From: Octopus sinensis
Lineage: Eukaryota
Assembly (NCBI RefSeq): GCF_006345805.1
Contig: NC_042999.1
Coordinates: 123,132,001 to 123,196,000, forward strand
Direction of reading: 5' to 3'
Length of the DNA stretch: 64,000 bases
Shown: positions 26,922 through 42,069 of the stretch, piece after piece
How the letters are laid out: every line of letters begins with the position of its first letter
Numbering within the stretch: the stretch's first letter is position 1
Made by a program: the position numbers and the translations under genes
Notes under the pieces: model-generated
The model's input: only the letters and a program-made list of their open reading frames with translations
What the model was told of the DNA's origin: nothing
Databases searched by the model: none

Positions 26922-28817
26922 TTTCAAGGAAGACAAATCATATCATATATAATTCATGCCATGAACAATTTGTAACCGATTCTCAGCTTCATGGATTACA
27001 GTACTTACAAATAAGTTGTTTGTTTTTAGGTATAACAGTAATTATCATTTTCATTAATTCACTTCATATAATTGTTCTTATTCATCATCCAAAATGAAGT
27101 TATTACTAGAATGTTATAGATTATAATTGTATTAAATAAGTGGAGAAAGTAAAATTGCAGAACATATTTAATAGCATACAGTTTTTAGACCAGGATTTCA
27201 TATAGACAGTGGCCTGTAAGTTATGCTTAATGTTGACTTGTAGTATATTTCTTGCACCTTTAAGTAATCTGCAATTTTTTTTAGCTCTTGGTCAAAATTA
27301 TTTTATTAACCCAGATGTGTTGATTGCTTCTCAGTTTCAATCACAGTGGATTTAATGACTGTGGTGTTTGACATATATATGGGTGTGCCTTTATAAGAAA
27401 GTATACACTTGTGAAATAGCATGTTAGGGTCCTGCTTATTTTCCACATTTACTGTTCAATGGAACAGTTGTTTACTCTCTAGAAAAACATTGTACTGTAA
27501 CTTGGAATGTATGAGGCCATTGACATTTTAAGATGTATTCAGTTGAAAATCATTTGCTTAAATTGAAAGTTCTACTCTTCAAGTGCTTAGCTAATGAACC
27601 CTGCTCTTTCAAATAGACTTGCTATGTTCCACATCTAATTAAATTTAATCATTACAATGTTTTTTCTAGTTCTCACTCTTTAAAAAAATTTCTCTTCTTT
27701 TAATATCAAGTTTTACATAAACTTCTTCACTTAGTGTTTAATATCACTATGAAACACATTTCCACCACCTCATGGATTCTTGTTAAATATTAAATCCTCA
27801 ATTCATTAAGTTCCATATTAACTGCAGCAACTCCATTCATTCTCCAAACCTTTGAAATGAAGAAAACCCTATAAAGGCTTATGGATAATTTTCTTCTTAC
27901 TGAAGGAATCACTCGTTTAGAAGAATTACTAATCAGCAGTTTAACCTCTTAAGGTCTTCCATACATTCTAACAAATATTTAAATATACTGAAACTGTGAT
28001 GTACATTTTTCTTTCACATTAGTCTTTGAAGGTTATAACTAACTAACCATTTAGTCAGAAATGAGCAATTAAGTAATCTCAAAGCTCTTTTATCTTTTAA
28101 AATTTACCCTTGCATGCATATTCTTGTGTACACAACACACCAAATGCACATATATATAAATGGCAGATTATCATTTGGAGCAGTTTCTCAACATTGTAGA
28201 TAATTCTATTAAGAATTGTCTTTGCCTCCTAAAGCCATTTTTGTTTTTTTACACTAATATCAGTGTGGATGTTTTATCCAGATAAAGCTACAAACAAGTA
28301 GATCAACCAATAACCTCTATTTGGTTTTTCTTTTTCTTTATGATAATACCAAATAGGCAATGCATACCCAATTTGCTGTGGATGATACCAATTACAATTT
28401 TTTGCTCACAAAGAGAACATCTTTGGTATGAGATTTTGAGGTTTTATTTCTATTTTAGTTTGTTTTCTTGATCTATTATATTCTCATTAAAAGTAAGATT
28501 GCTCTAGGAAGGAATCTGTTTCTTTATTGTAAACATCATTACAGTTCATCATAAATTAAGGAAAATAACCTCTCTCACATTCTTCTCACTTTGTATCATT
28601 ACTTACACTAGAAAAAGCTATGAGAAATTTTCTTTCATCCTGGGGTATCAAATAAATGAAAGCATTATTTTGTTTTTCCTGTTTTTCCTTTAACATTTAT
28701 AATATAAGCTAGTCAAATTTAAACACTCTTAACTAATTTGAGAATGAAGTCAAGCTTCATTGCAATTTTTTGATCTTTTTTAATTCTCAGTTTAGTTTGT
28801 GAATATTTTTTTTGCCT

Positions 28818-28862
<45 letters not shown>

Positions 28863-30084
28863 TCATCTAGAAATTACCCATGATATACTTTTTTCATCAT
28901 GTCTCTCTTGGAACTTTATTAGAATTTAGATTCTAATAAGACCTCATCTCAGCCTGATGAAAATTTATTCAACTTCAGAGTGCTAAAAATATATAAGCTG
29001 GAGAGAAAAAAAAAGAAGAAAAAGAAACTTCTTCAAGAAGAGATAACTTTTTTGAACAACTTTTGTATATCCACTGAAAATGTCTAGTAATGATTTATCT
29101 AGAAAAATCATTTGAAAAAATATTTATATTTCTCTTCTCTTTAACTGTCACTCTCTTTCTCTCTGTCATCCATTCCTATATAATTCTTTAACAATTGAGC
29201 TTTTATCATCTGTTATTGTACACCTAAACTAAGTTGGGTAATGGAAATATGTCTTTTTATTTTGTTTCTTTTCCTGTTCCATTGACTACATTTAATTTTC
29301 TTTGCTACTTAGTATGACATCCTTAGGCACTTTATGTGCTTACTGTAGATTTCAGCTGACAAAGCTAACTAATCTATCTGGTTACACTTGGTCTCCAAAA
29401 CATCCTCTTACATTCTGCACACATTTACATTTGCCTTTGGGAACTGGTTATACCAGTAGAAGTAATGGCGGTGACAGTGGTAGTCTATTATAAGCAACAC
29501 TTTGAAGACATTACATGAGGAATCAATGTCAGTCTCTTAGATGCATTCAGACAACAGCTTAGGCTGGAAGAATATTTCCGCTAGAATTCCTCTTTCCTTC
29601 TTTCTTTTTCTTTTCTTTCTTTTTCTAATGTTGATGCTATGCTGTGACTCCATCACTGTTGATTCTGCAAATCTTTGTTTACAGTTCTCATATTTCATCA
29701 GCTCATTTTTCTGCACTCTTTTCTCAATATTTTGTTTTTGTTTCTTTTTTGTTGTCATCACTAAGTAGCAAAGGAAAATAGAAGTCATGGAATAATTTCG
29801 TTCAGGGATCAAGGAATTCTCTTACATTTTATGCATGGTTTCACTAACTATCAGATTATCTATTGAATTTTAAACATCCAATAAGTCAAAATGGTGTTTG
29901 TTTTCTATTCTGAAATTGTAAAAGATTATTTAGAATTTGGAGTTATTCAAATATTTAAACTATTTACTTAAGCAGCATTTCAGCCTTAAAACATTCACAT
30001 ACATAGATTATTTCTTGTAATTCATATATAATATAAATCTTATTAATATTAGGTACAGGTTTGACTGTGTATTAAATAGTTTCT

Positions 30085-30410
30085 TTTCCAGTCACATGGT
30101 TATAGGTTCAGTCCTACTGTGTGGCACCTTGAGTAAGTGTCTTCTACTATAGCCCTGGTATGACCAAAGCTTTGTGAGTGGATGTGAAAGAAGCCTGTCG
30201 TGTGTGTGTGTGTGCCTCTTCACCACTTGACAACCGATATTTCTTTACATTTGCATGACTTAGTGCTTTGGCAAAAAGGAACCTTTACAATAAGTGCCAA
30301 GCTTTAAAACAAAAAGTACTGGAGTCAGTTTGTTTGACTAAACCCTTCAAGGTTGTGCCCCAGCATGGCACAGTCTAATGAGTAAAATAAGTAAAATACA
30401 AAAAGATAAT
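30085..30410 (+). mobile_element. SINE family B
   Basis: ggttcagtcctactgtgtggcaccttgagtaagtgtcttctactatagcc... Confidence 0.8.
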
Positions 30411-30933
30411 GATTAAAATTATTGAGGTTTCTTTAGATGAATTTCATTTTTATAGCAAATGACACTAAATTTGTTCTAACTTCCCAAGGTTTCAATATTA
30501 GTATGATGTTTTTAATAAAGATAGTTTAATTTAGTTAAGATGTGTAGCATAATATAGTTAGTTAATTTATACTGTATTAAAGAAATAAAATCATGATTTC
30601 AATTCATTTTTTTAACTTCTATATAATTGGAAATTTTATTTGTAGCTACCCCTTCTTAATGAACTTCTTTGTTAAATATCAGCTGAGGAATGAATGATTC
30701 TGTATTTTGATTGAGTTCAACCTATTACCCAGTACATTCTGCTCTACATTCAAAGTTTAAATATTTATATATATTGTTTACAGCCCTATATTTTGCAACA
30801 AATATATTTTGTACAAATTAATTAATTATCTGGTCTCCTTTCATTCCAGTATTTTTATATTCAAATACTTAATTTTTTTAGTGATTACTCTCAGAACACA
30901 TGTTCTTCCTTTCTTCCTTCTCCCCACCCACCC

Positions 30934-30971
<38 letters not shown>

Positions 30972-33027
30972 TGAACAAAATGTTTCTGTAACTTAAATAC
31001 TTGGAATTGTATTCTTCAGCTGTCCTTGAGGCTGATGTTTTTAGAAATATTAAGCATTTTAGAAGTATTCAGTCTCAGATATAAATATGTATATATGGTG
31101 TTTATATTTTTCACAGTAAATATTTGTACATCCTGATAGGTTTTAACTCTATTTCATTGATTCTTTTTCTACTAAGTACTTAATAGCCAGAAGTTTCAAA
31201 CAGTACTATTTTCTAGAAATCCTTCCCTTTGTTCAATTCATGTGTATAATTGAATTTTAATTAATTTTCAATCTGATGAAAGCTGTTAAATTTTAATGTC
31301 ATTGACACTGTAATTCTTGAAGTAACTTTGAAGATAATTTTTTAGAAAATATATAAAACAGAAACTCCCTTATATCATAATTGCTCCTTTGTATATTATT
31401 TGCTTTATATTCTATTTCTATGTTGATAGTTTTCCAACCCTCAAGTCTTATTTATCTTTGTTATTAATATTCAAATAACTTTGTACTTTTATTCATAATT
31501 ATTACCATTTCTTTTTTTATGGTTTTTAACCACTAAATCTTTCTCTTGATGTTATTATCCCCTAGATATTATAAGATTGATAATATGCAAGAAAATATTA
31601 CTTTTGGTTATTATTCAGTTTTTCATTTTTATATGTTCTATGAAGAATTAATACTTTGATAATTTTTTCTGTAACTAAATACTTCTGGGAATGTAATATT
31701 AGAACTGTACATTTTAGTTTTTATTCAAGACAAACTAGTAGGGGATACTTTCCAGTCTGAAAAAATCTTCCCTACCCTTTAAAATAACCTTCAGTCAAAT
31801 GTAATCACTCTTTACAGTCAATTTATGCTTCAAATATTATATTTTTGCACTCTTTATCCTAACAACTAGGTTTCTCTCCAAGTGTAGTATGATATCTATA
31901 CCGGAAGACATGCAGAGTTGCTTTCTTTAATTACAATTTTATTAACAACTTTTAAAGTTGAATAAACAGCATTCAGTTAATTATAAGGATATTTGAAAAG
32001 TTCATATAATTTTAGTTTTAAAATAACCATGTAATCTATTGAAATGGATATTTCTTGACATTTTATTCGTTAAGTTAAACCTAGCCCCTTACCTAAGCTT
32101 CTCCATTAAATAAAAGCACTAAAGCATATTTGTTAGCAAACACTACAATCATTCGTAATAAATTTCTGGGCATCACACAAAACAAGGGAAATTTTGGTGT
32201 CTCTTATCTTTACCAAAGTCTCAGTTTTATGACTTTTTTTATATATCTCCCTGCTGCACATGAAAACATGTTTTTTTTTAAGTGAATCATGCTACCATAT
32301 TGCCTCTTTACCAACTGAAAACCCAATTAAGAACTTGGTACGTTGACTGCAAATACATACATAAAATGTGAGGTATGTAATTTTGACTGATCAGTTCTAT
32401 GAATCTCTGTCGTTTCTCCTCAATTACTATGTATTCTAAAAACCAAGCATATTAAAATATTTATTTGTGTATAATACATACTTGTGTAGAATGCACAGAT
32501 GTAATTATGGGCAATGAAATCTTCGGAAAATATCTCTCATATATAATATATATTGATTTTTCTCTAGTATTATAATGTGTAGCAAAAGGATGATTTAGTG
32601 AGATTTATTAGACTTGCTATATCGAATACACTGGAACGGTTTGCACTATCTAAAACAAAACAAATTGAAAAGTGAACTATGAATTTTACCAGTGAAGAGT
32701 GTAAACATTCAACTGCTGTAAAGTCAGCATTGTGGAAACTATCCAGTCGGTAGTATAGATATATTTGATGTTGTTCACTGAAACCTATTTTATTTTGCGA
32801 TTGACATTAGACTAACCAACATTATTTGCAAAGAAACCATTTAAAAAAAAGAAAATCCAAAGTATCTCTGCACTATATTATCACCAAAGAACCGGATTTG
32901 GAAGTCACAGTTTAATAATATCACTATAAACTGCTCTTAGTGTACATACCACAAAGCCAAATAGTCATCAAACAATATTTATATGATATTATATATATAT
33001 ACAGTTTATAATATATATATATATATT

Positions 33028-33066
<39 letters not shown>

Positions 33067-33317
33067 AATTTTGATCAAATCAGTCTGTTGCTACTCTGAG
33101 TTTCACCTATCTTCACAATATCTTCAAGCAAGTTGTGAAGATCACACTGATTCACCAAAATATAATGTTAATCTGTATCATGGTATTGACTACTCTTATT
33201 TCAGACTGTTAATGCTAAATGGATGTGTGTATGTGTGTTTAAATTTGTATTAACAAATAAACAAGACCTCTACATGATTGGTAGGCATATTTTAAATAAC
33301 AGCCAAATATTCTATAG

Positions 33318-33391
33318 GCTATTGAAAAGGTTGCAGGACACAACGAAAATTTTAGGAAAATTAAAATAAGAAATAAGTGGAAATTTTACCG
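33318..33391 (+). CDS. Candidate 74-nt exon (AIEKVAGHNENFRKIKIRNKWKFYR; phase 0 to 2)
   Basis: Consensus donor ccg|gtgagt; tctatag| acceptor with a weak pyrimidine tract; frame open. Confidence 0.3.
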
Positions 33392-34285
33392 GTGAGTGTG
33401 TTACATTATAAGGCACAAAAAGAAAATGACTCTCCCCAGACACAACAGAATATGCTTCAACACACGAACTCATATAAAGAATCTTGCAAACCAAATCCAA
33501 AAATGAAGCCAGATATTCCTTAAATCACAACCATCTGATATATGCAAAAGTAGGTACACAGTGATGAAAAATGAAAACACACACAATACTCATTTATTTT
33601 TTATCAAATAAATTAAAAGTTATGATAAAAGTATTATTATAGTTATGATAAATGTATTATTATGACTAATGACACTGAAAATATCAAAAATGAGGCTAAC
33701 TAAATTAATGTGCTAATAATTTTAATGAATCAAGTATTATAACATTAGTTTGATACTTGCTGTATACCTACTTTTGCACACACCCCACTATATGTGTGAA
33801 CCAATGAGTAACCAAATCTTTCATAAATCACTTCTTTACCAAGAAGCAGGCCACATGAGACATGTCTCATTATCAGTCAGGCTGTACTATTAAAAAAAAA
33901 ACTTCTATGTAATTTTTTGTTAAATGAGCCATTCAGAAAGCCCTGCAGGCTGCATTTTTCTCATGACTGCTCTAGACTGAATTGGGTTTATAAAAAATAG
34001 TTAATTTGGTTTCCTAACTCTTCTGATATCATCCCACCTGAGTTTACAATACAAAACATGTCTACTGAAAAATTTAAGCTCATCTGAAATTTTTGTAAGA
34101 ATCTTTGGGTAAATTTCCCTCTATACACCAGATTGATAACGTAGTTATTTTACTAAGTCCTTGCTAATTCTTGTGTAAGGCATAACTGAGCATTTTGTCA
34201 GAAATGTGGTCAAGAGCATATAGTATTGAAATAGACAATGTAATTCTGTTCATGTAAGAATAACCATGAACTCACCATATTATAT

Positions 34286-34328
<43 letters not shown>

Positions 34329-34431
34329 TATCTATACATATGCATATATATATATATATATATATATGCACATATATATATATATGCAGATATCTATACA
34401 TATGCATATATATATATACACATATGTATAT

Positions 34432-34464
<33 letters not shown>

Positions 34465-34474
34465 CATATAAATA

Positions 34475-34689
34475 GAGTTAACCACAGGTGTTATTCAAAT
34501 CTTTATACTTCCAACATATGTTTCGAAGAAAACATTGGTATTATTCCAGAATAAAATGATGTAAAACAATGCAATCTTGTCATCAGGGCAAAAAAAAGAG
34601 AAATGCTTCAATAAGACACTTTAACCAAATCTGATTACTTCGAAACATATGTTGGAAGTAATATGTTGAATAACACCTGCATTTAACTC
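34475..34689. mobile_element. Small palindromic element with a hammerhead-like motif
   Basis: Inverted termini, including a perfect 22-bp pair (34507-34528 / 34638-34659). Minus strand UUGCC-CUGAUGA-long stem II-GAAAC-AUAU-GUU-GGAAG at 34508-34591. Confidence 0.65.
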
Positions 34690-34977
34690 CATTTATTTAT
34701 TTATATATGCTATCCAAAAACATTTCACTAAACCCTAGAATTTCTACCTTTATAAGTAGGTGTTACTTCCTTGGTACTTATTTGAATTTTTGCTACCCTG
34801 GTAACTGTTGTTTCCATGTTATTTGTACCCATTAAAAAATACATGTATATATATATATGTATATACACGCACACACACATACGCACATATATATATATAT
34901 ATACACACATAATATATATACATATATGTATACATGTATATATATATGTACATGTATATATATACTTACATATATGT

Positions 34978-35021
<44 letters not shown>

Positions 35022-35022
35022 G

Positions 35023-35247
35023 GTCGATGCCAGTGCCACCGTGACTGGTTTCCATGCCAGTGGTACGTAATGTGAGCACCCACTACACTCTTGGAGTGGT
35101 TGGCATTAGGAAGGGCATCAAGCTGTAGAAACACTGCCAGATCAGATTGGGGCCTGGTGCAGTCTCCTGGCTTCCCAGACCCCAGTTGAACTGTCCAACT
35201 CATGCCAGCTTGGAAAACAGACGTAAAACAATGATGATGATGATGAT
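35023..35247 (+). mobile_element. RTE 3'-tail element (short truncated LINE or tail-sharing SINE)
   Basis: gcacccactacactc..ggagtggttggcattaggaagggcatc...(GAT)n matches 50705-50880. Confidence 0.85.
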
Positions 35248-35773
35248 ATATATGGCTTCCTCAAGCCAGGGTCTATACTTAACTCCAGAACAGAAATTTT
35301 CGGGCCATGTCTGCATTTTAGTAGATTTCTGCTGGCCGTTTGGGAACCACCAGAAGATGACAGCCATTAGCAAAGGGAGATAATTCAGACTTTTCTCCTC
35401 CATATTTCAAAGAGGTCATAGGCTAATAGGTCCTGGGCTCTGAAGAAACACTATAAAGTTAAGCCCTCGATGGATGGGAAACCCAGGGTAACCCCCATTA
35501 ACTAGCCTTCATATATATATATATAAGGATGATTAGATTTTATATGCTTCAGAATAGTAAAATAGCTCTTATTCGAAAATGCTAAATGAGAAAGGTTTAG
35601 TTAGATTGCAAAACATAGAAATCTGCTTGCATGAATCATTCTGGAATTGATGAGTAATTTATTATTGTTACTAATACAACTTATTAATACTTAAAAGAAG
35701 GTTTTAATTTTGATTTTTTTCAAAAATATAATGCATCTTATTTTTTCAAATGATTTATTCTTTCTTTGTTGTA

Positions 35774-35805
<32 letters not shown>

Positions 35806-36702
35806 TGTATACATATGTCTGTATATGCACATGTGTGTGCTTGTGTATGCATGTGTATATATACATACACTTAGTAGAATCCACTGAGAAATTAAGAGCT
35901 TGTTTTGCCTTCACCTCTGCTCTTTTGGCAATTGAAGAAACAACTATTGTTGTTTCTTCACTACCCTGCCAAATATAACTATCTGAAATATGGAAATTGT
36001 CCAAAATATTTTATAGTGCTACATAGTTATTTATTGAATTGCCTGTTACATGTAGACTGTATTATTTCTTGAACAAAAAAAGTTAAATATATAGAATCAT
36101 TTCCCCTTTAAAATATTTATTCTTTATACTTTCATTCTAAAAAAAATGGTTATTAGATTATATATTTACATGATGTCTCCATCATTTGTCTAGCTCTTTT
36201 AGTAAAGTAACTAAAGAAGAGGAGAAAAGAAGGGTAAGGGCATTTATGTTAGATATAGGCAAACAAAAAAATATCAGCAGACTTCATTGAAATATGAACA
36301 TCTGCTCTAAAAAGATGGCCAAGGAAACAAATATTTTTTATTGGTCTATATGATATGCATTTGATTATCTACAAGCATTTTTAGGTTCATGTGTGATGTA
36401 CTAATAATCACATTTTCCTCAAGATTGAAATGAATTATAATTTTTCAGTAACCAGAAATATTTTTTATTTTCATACCAAAAGGTATGGTATTAGGAACAG
36501 ATGTTTTTAAATTCAAATATTGTTGTTTGCTCCAAGACAGGTTTCACTGTTCTGATTACCAAACTCCCAAGATAGTCAAACTATTAGAGTATTCCTTAAA
36601 TTCATATATTTTAATTCGCTAAAGTTCCTCTTTTAAAAAAAAATATTTTAATAACTAAAGATTAATGATGTAGCCATCTCCTTATTGAAAAATATTAGCA
36701 TT

Positions 36703-36925
36703 AAGGTGGCAAACTGGCAGAATTAGAATGTCAGGCAAAATGTTTAGTGGTATTTTCATCCATCTTTATGTTCCGAGTTCAAATTCTACCAAGGGTGACT
36801 TTGCCTGTCATCCTTTTGGGATTAGTTAAAAAAGTACCAGTTGAACACTGATTTCAATGTATTCAACTTGCTCCTCCCCTAAAAATTGCTGGCCGTGTCC
36901 CAAAATTTGAAACTATTATTATTGA

Positions 36926-36957
<32 letters not shown>
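36703..36957 (+). mobile_element. SINE family A with (ATT)n tail
   Basis: aaggtggcaaactggcagaa...ccgagttcaaattc...aagtaccagttg. Confidence 0.8.
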
Positions 36958-36961
<4 letters not shown>

Positions 36962-37389
36962 AAGAATAACACATACAACAAAGTGCTAAAAAACTGGCAT
37001 CACAAGTTAATTAGAACAAGAGAACTATTTGTAATTGTTCAAATAAATACATATGAATTACACAAGCCTATTCCTTGTATAATAACTTATACTGTAATTA
37101 AGATAAACTCACACACACACATCCATACAGACACATCCACATTGTGTATGACCTGGTGTTAGTAATCAAAACACATACCATACAATATTAGGATTCATCA
37201 GTATATGATATAAATGAAGTGGTAATTTCAATTACAACACAAGTTTTCCAGTAGTCAACAAAAAAATTAAAATTGAATGTGCAGTATTTCTTTTAAGATG
37301 ATGATACCAATTATTTTCCAAATATTAATCTGTATTTTGATAGAAGGCTATATAACTGTTTCTAACTTAGGAACAAAGCCAGCAGTTTC

Positions 37390-37790
37390 GTGGGTGGCCA
37401 TGCTAGAGCACCATTCTAAAAGGTTTTAGTTGAAAAAATCAACCCCAGGACTTATTCTTTGTAAGACTAGTACTTATTCTATTGGTTTATTTTGCTGAAC
37501 TGCGAAGTAACGAGGACATAAACACACCAGCATTGGTTGTCAAGCAATGGTGGGAGAACTAGCACAGATATGCAGAAAGATACACACATGAATATATATA
37601 TATACTTATGTGTGTGTATGTGTTTATATGACGGGCTTCTTTGAGTTTCTGTCTACCAAATACACTCACAAGACTTTGGTCAGCCTGAGGCTATAGTAGA
37701 AAACATTTGTTCATGTTGCCATGCAATAGGACAGAACCTTGTACCATGCAGCTGGGAAGCTAGCTTCTTACCACACAGCCATGCCTGTGC
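37390..37790 (-). mobile_element. SINE family B
   Basis: Collinear with 10215-10593. Confidence 0.8.
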
Positions 37791-37924
37791 CTATTCTTTC
37801 TTATTTTAAAAAAATTTTGTAGATTATGATTCAGGAGAGATAGAATTGCTATTTCTTAAAGGCCAAGCTACCATATATAACAGCTTCCATAAATTTCATT
37901 TTATTTCTTTATATCTCTGTCTTT

Positions 37925-38515
37925 CTATGTACCTCCTTTAAGTGGGGAAAATAAATTTTTTGTAATCTTCTGAAGAGATGGTAATCTGTAGGTGCAAAGT
38001 CTGGAGAATGTGATGAGTGATGTATAATTTCCTTTCTGGAGGATCTTTTGTCTTTTGTACAGTGTAAGGTCTAGCATTATCATGTCAAAGGATGACTCGT
38101 TTCTATTTGTTGATGATGGACGTTTTTGTTTTAAAGCTCCTTTCAAATGTGTTAGCTCTTGACAGTGTACATCAGCTGTTGTTGTTTGATTATTGTCTAG
38201 AAGCTCTTGATGAATTATTCCCCACATATCCCATCATATACTCAAAAGTATCATCCTTGGATGCAGGCCATTTCTGGGCCTTTTTGAAATTCATAAGGAA
38301 TAAAGTGACAACTTTGTTCTTTGCTTGAAGTGAAGATGGGATCAATACAACAACTTTAATTATGATAAAAATTAACAAACTCTGAAAGAGAATGCAAGAG
38401 AATCATATATTAATGATATTCTCATATTTCAAATAGATTTGAGAAGTTAAACACCTTTAAATCTAACTAGATATTTATTTAAAACAAATGGACAGAACTT
38501 TTGTTACAACCCAAT
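37925..38515 (-). mobile_element. Decayed mariner transposon (partial transposase and one TIR)
   Basis: LSI*WDMWGIIHQELLDNNQTTTADVHCQELTHLKGALKQKRP matches mariner WWD..GII.YELL..GQTI....YC.QL..L..AL..KRP; TIR-like attgggttgtaacaaaagttctgtcc at 38515-38490. Confidence 0.85.
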
Positions 38516-38858
38516 GCATATATACATATATATTTTATATTTATATAATATAATATTATGTGTGTATATATGTATATATATATGTGTATGTATGTGTGTG
38601 TGTGTGTATATATATATATATAGTTTAAAGATCCAATAGACATAGAATCAACCAAAAAGTACTCCATTTAGTGAGAAATAAATAGCAATTTAAATACACA
38701 ACCAAAAGAACTATTAATAGTTTTATGCTTTTATGATACTTAAACAGGCATATTTATGAAATATGTCATGAATCCCCAAGCAAACTTTTGGGGCTTTGTT
38801 TATGTATTATATAATGCATAAACAGAACCTGAAAGATTGCTCTAAGATATATGCGTGC

Positions 38859-38894
<36 letters not shown>

Positions 38895-39007
38895 TATATT
38901 ATATTATATTAAATTAGAGACAAAACCACTATTATGCAAATCAAACAAAGAAAGACTTAAGCCAATACATAAAATAATTTATATAAATTTATATAAATTT
39001 ATTGGAT

Positions 39008-39043
<36 letters not shown>

Positions 39044-39742
39044 TGCACTCACACATGCATACATATTGTAAAAAAATGAAATTCAAGAGAAGAATGTAAT
39101 ACATTTCTTTTTCTATATTTATTTATTTCTTGCTAATAACTACTCACTAATTAACATTAATATGCATAAAATATGCAACTGTACATTAGTCACATGCCTG
39201 CATACACACATACATTTATGAGATCAAACATTATAATGTGGTCAAAGTTCAGTTGTCGTACTGATCGTGATATATCAGCATATGTCTATGTATCTCCAAT
39301 TTTGTATAAATCCAGATTAATTTTCATTGATAGCATATAAGAAAGTGATATTTTCCCCCTTATGCAATGGCTTTTTTCAACACATCCAATGTGTGCTCTG
39401 CTCATATTACACATCCATAATTAAGTAACTACCTCTTGCATAAAAGGCAATAATGTTCTGTAATAATTTTGACATTATACAACTTATCTCAGTTAAAGCA
39501 TAAGTGACTTAATTAGTTTTAATGTCAGCAGTACATAATAGGGGAAGAAACTTCAAGAGCTGTTAACTTTGTATGCAATAAAGCATTACTTATATGAATG
39601 CCAAATAGGATGGAGAGGTAGGGCAAGAAGTTTGATACTGTATTTTGCAGAGTCATGGATAAAAACAGCAATATAATGCAAAATGACAAAAAAAAAAAAA
39701 AGTAAATTCCAGTTTTGTATATTCAGGAAAAAAAACCCGAAC

Positions 39743-40075
39743 CACATGCTTCCAGGTTCAGTCCTACTTTGCACCTTGGGTAAGTGTTCTTTGCTATGGC
39801 CTTGGGGCAAGCAAAGTCTTGCAAGTGGATTTGGTAAACAGAAACTTAAAGAAGCTGTTGTGTGTATGTGTTTGTCTCCATCCCCCCAATCCCAATCATT
39901 TGACAACCAGTGTTGGTTTGTTTACATCCCCATAGCTTAGAAGTTCAGCAAAAAGTGAACTGATAAAATAAGTACCAAACTTAGAAAAAAGTATTGTGGT
40001 CAGTTTGTTTTACTAAGTCCTTCATGCCAGTGCTCCAGCATGTCCACAGCCCAATGAATGAAACAAGTAAAAGGT
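39743..40075 (+). mobile_element. SINE family B
   Basis: ggttcagtcctactttgcaccttgggtaagtg...tttgacaaccagtgttggtttgtttacatcccc. Confidence 0.75.
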
Positions 40076-40919
40076 AAATCTCAACATCAAAAATCCAGTT
40101 CCTTTACTGTCAGCCATAGTGTCCTTTCTTTTTATTATTTTATACTAAATCTCTTTAGAGAAATTGCAGCATATGCAAGCTTTAGTAGATCCAAACATGG
40201 TATAGACCATCAGTAATCACATATTTTAAATATTATACATAACCAGAGTAAACAGTTAATTATCTTTCTAAAAGATGTTACATGATGTCCATCAGCCTAC
40301 TGACTAAGAATCGGGATTATTTGTTCACTGCATTTTCACTTTGTCATTGTATTTCCTTCCATCTAATATAAATTCTTTTAGTGTCTAGAATATGCAGTAA
40401 TACTCATACAATGAAAGTTGACGCTTTCTGTGGTTCTTAGAAAATGAAGTAATTAACAGAATCAATAGAGAAAAAGAATGGTGCTAAAGATAACAATACA
40501 ATGTTAAATTAGAATGCAGCCAACTCCTCATATTTATAATATCAAAACACAAGTCAAACTCGGTCAATGATTAGATAGGTTTCAAAACCATTTTTGCGAA
40601 TTTTTGATGAATTAATGCATAGCAGCTTATAGATTAACTTCCTACCGGTTATCTAATCTCAAACCAATTTTATCAACCAATTTATCAGGCTGTCAATTGG
40701 AACAAATCCTCAATTCTAAACAATATATAATTTTAGAATTGCTTGAAGCTAACCAGCTATCTCAATTATATTTTATTGTCTGCACACATTCTCATCATGC
40801 TAATACAGATAAACTTCCCTGCACATGACTGCAAGTGACGTTGAGCAACGGGGTTTACTTTCATAATTATATATATATTTTCACTATACTGTCTATGCTA
40901 ATGCACATAGCTGTGAAAT

Positions 40920-41290
40920 TTATATTATGTAGAAAATGCAAAAAGAAATCTATAGAAATTTCAGGTGTTCTCAGTGTAAACAATGGATGCACAAGAGATG
41001 TAGTGGGGGTCACAGGCAGCTAACAGATTAGATTTTTAAATGCAGCAGGTGCACTGGAGCAATAAGCACTAAGAAATAGATTTCCTTAAATGCATGAACA
41101 GCTCCCTAGAAGTAGTTAATAGCTTTTGTTACCAAAGTGGCCTAATTAACTGTGTTGTGAAAGTGTACAGCCAGAGAAAAATCAGATTGGGAAAAGGAGA
41201 TATTAACTTGCAGTGTGAGAGTTTCCTCTCCAGGGTGATTATGCGATGCTTGTGTACAAAGTACAATGCTGCATGGTAGTCAGTTGTAGG
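40920..41290 (+). pseudogene. Decayed RTE fragment retaining PHD-finger remnant
   Basis: CRK...CSQCKQWMHKRCSGVTGS...FKCSRCTGAI, collinear with 49483-49640. Confidence 0.7.
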
Positions 41291-42069
41291 CCTTCACCAC
41301 AAATCATTTACAATGACTAGAAAGACAAAAGTACCTTTAGTTTTTTCGCAAGGCAATTTATATCAACAAAAATAGTTCCTTAGGAATGGTATTCTTTCTA
41401 ACCACAATAGAAAATAAATCAGTGCTAAAACACAAATATATATCTTTCTCCCATTGTGCTCTTTCTCCTTTCACCCTCTCGGCCTGGTTCTTATTATCAT
41501 TCACTTTTCTCTTTACCATTTTGGTTACATTGCTTTGAATGAGCAGAAGTAAATAACTAGTACAGATGCTTTAGTAAAATGCACCCAGAACACTTTGTAA
41601 AGTGTTTAGGGAGTAACACTGTACTATTATGAGGACCCTTAGTCATTTGGAGAAGATGATAATCTCTTTAGTGCTAATGTTACAATCAAATGCATGCAGT
41701 AAACTATATAAAACGGCTGACCTGAGGAAGGGCAAATGTAGTTTATGCAAACAATTAAATTTATGAGTGAGATATTGTCCTCCAACTAATATAACTTAAA
41801 CTAATGGAGCATAAGTTTGCTTTATTTGTTTTTAGTCTTCTTAAATCCAGTGCAGTGAGGCTCATATCTCACTTACCTCTAATATCACATTTCAAACACA
41901 AACATCATACAATTTTATCTGCTTTACTACAAACTTATCCCAGCCTCTTCTTACTCTGATTACTTGGCTCTTGGTATACCTTTCTCCTTTATAGATCACA
42001 AAAACTATCAACTGCTTCTAAGGAACCCTAGTATTTAAAAGATTGAATAATGGACTTGTTATGCTGCTT

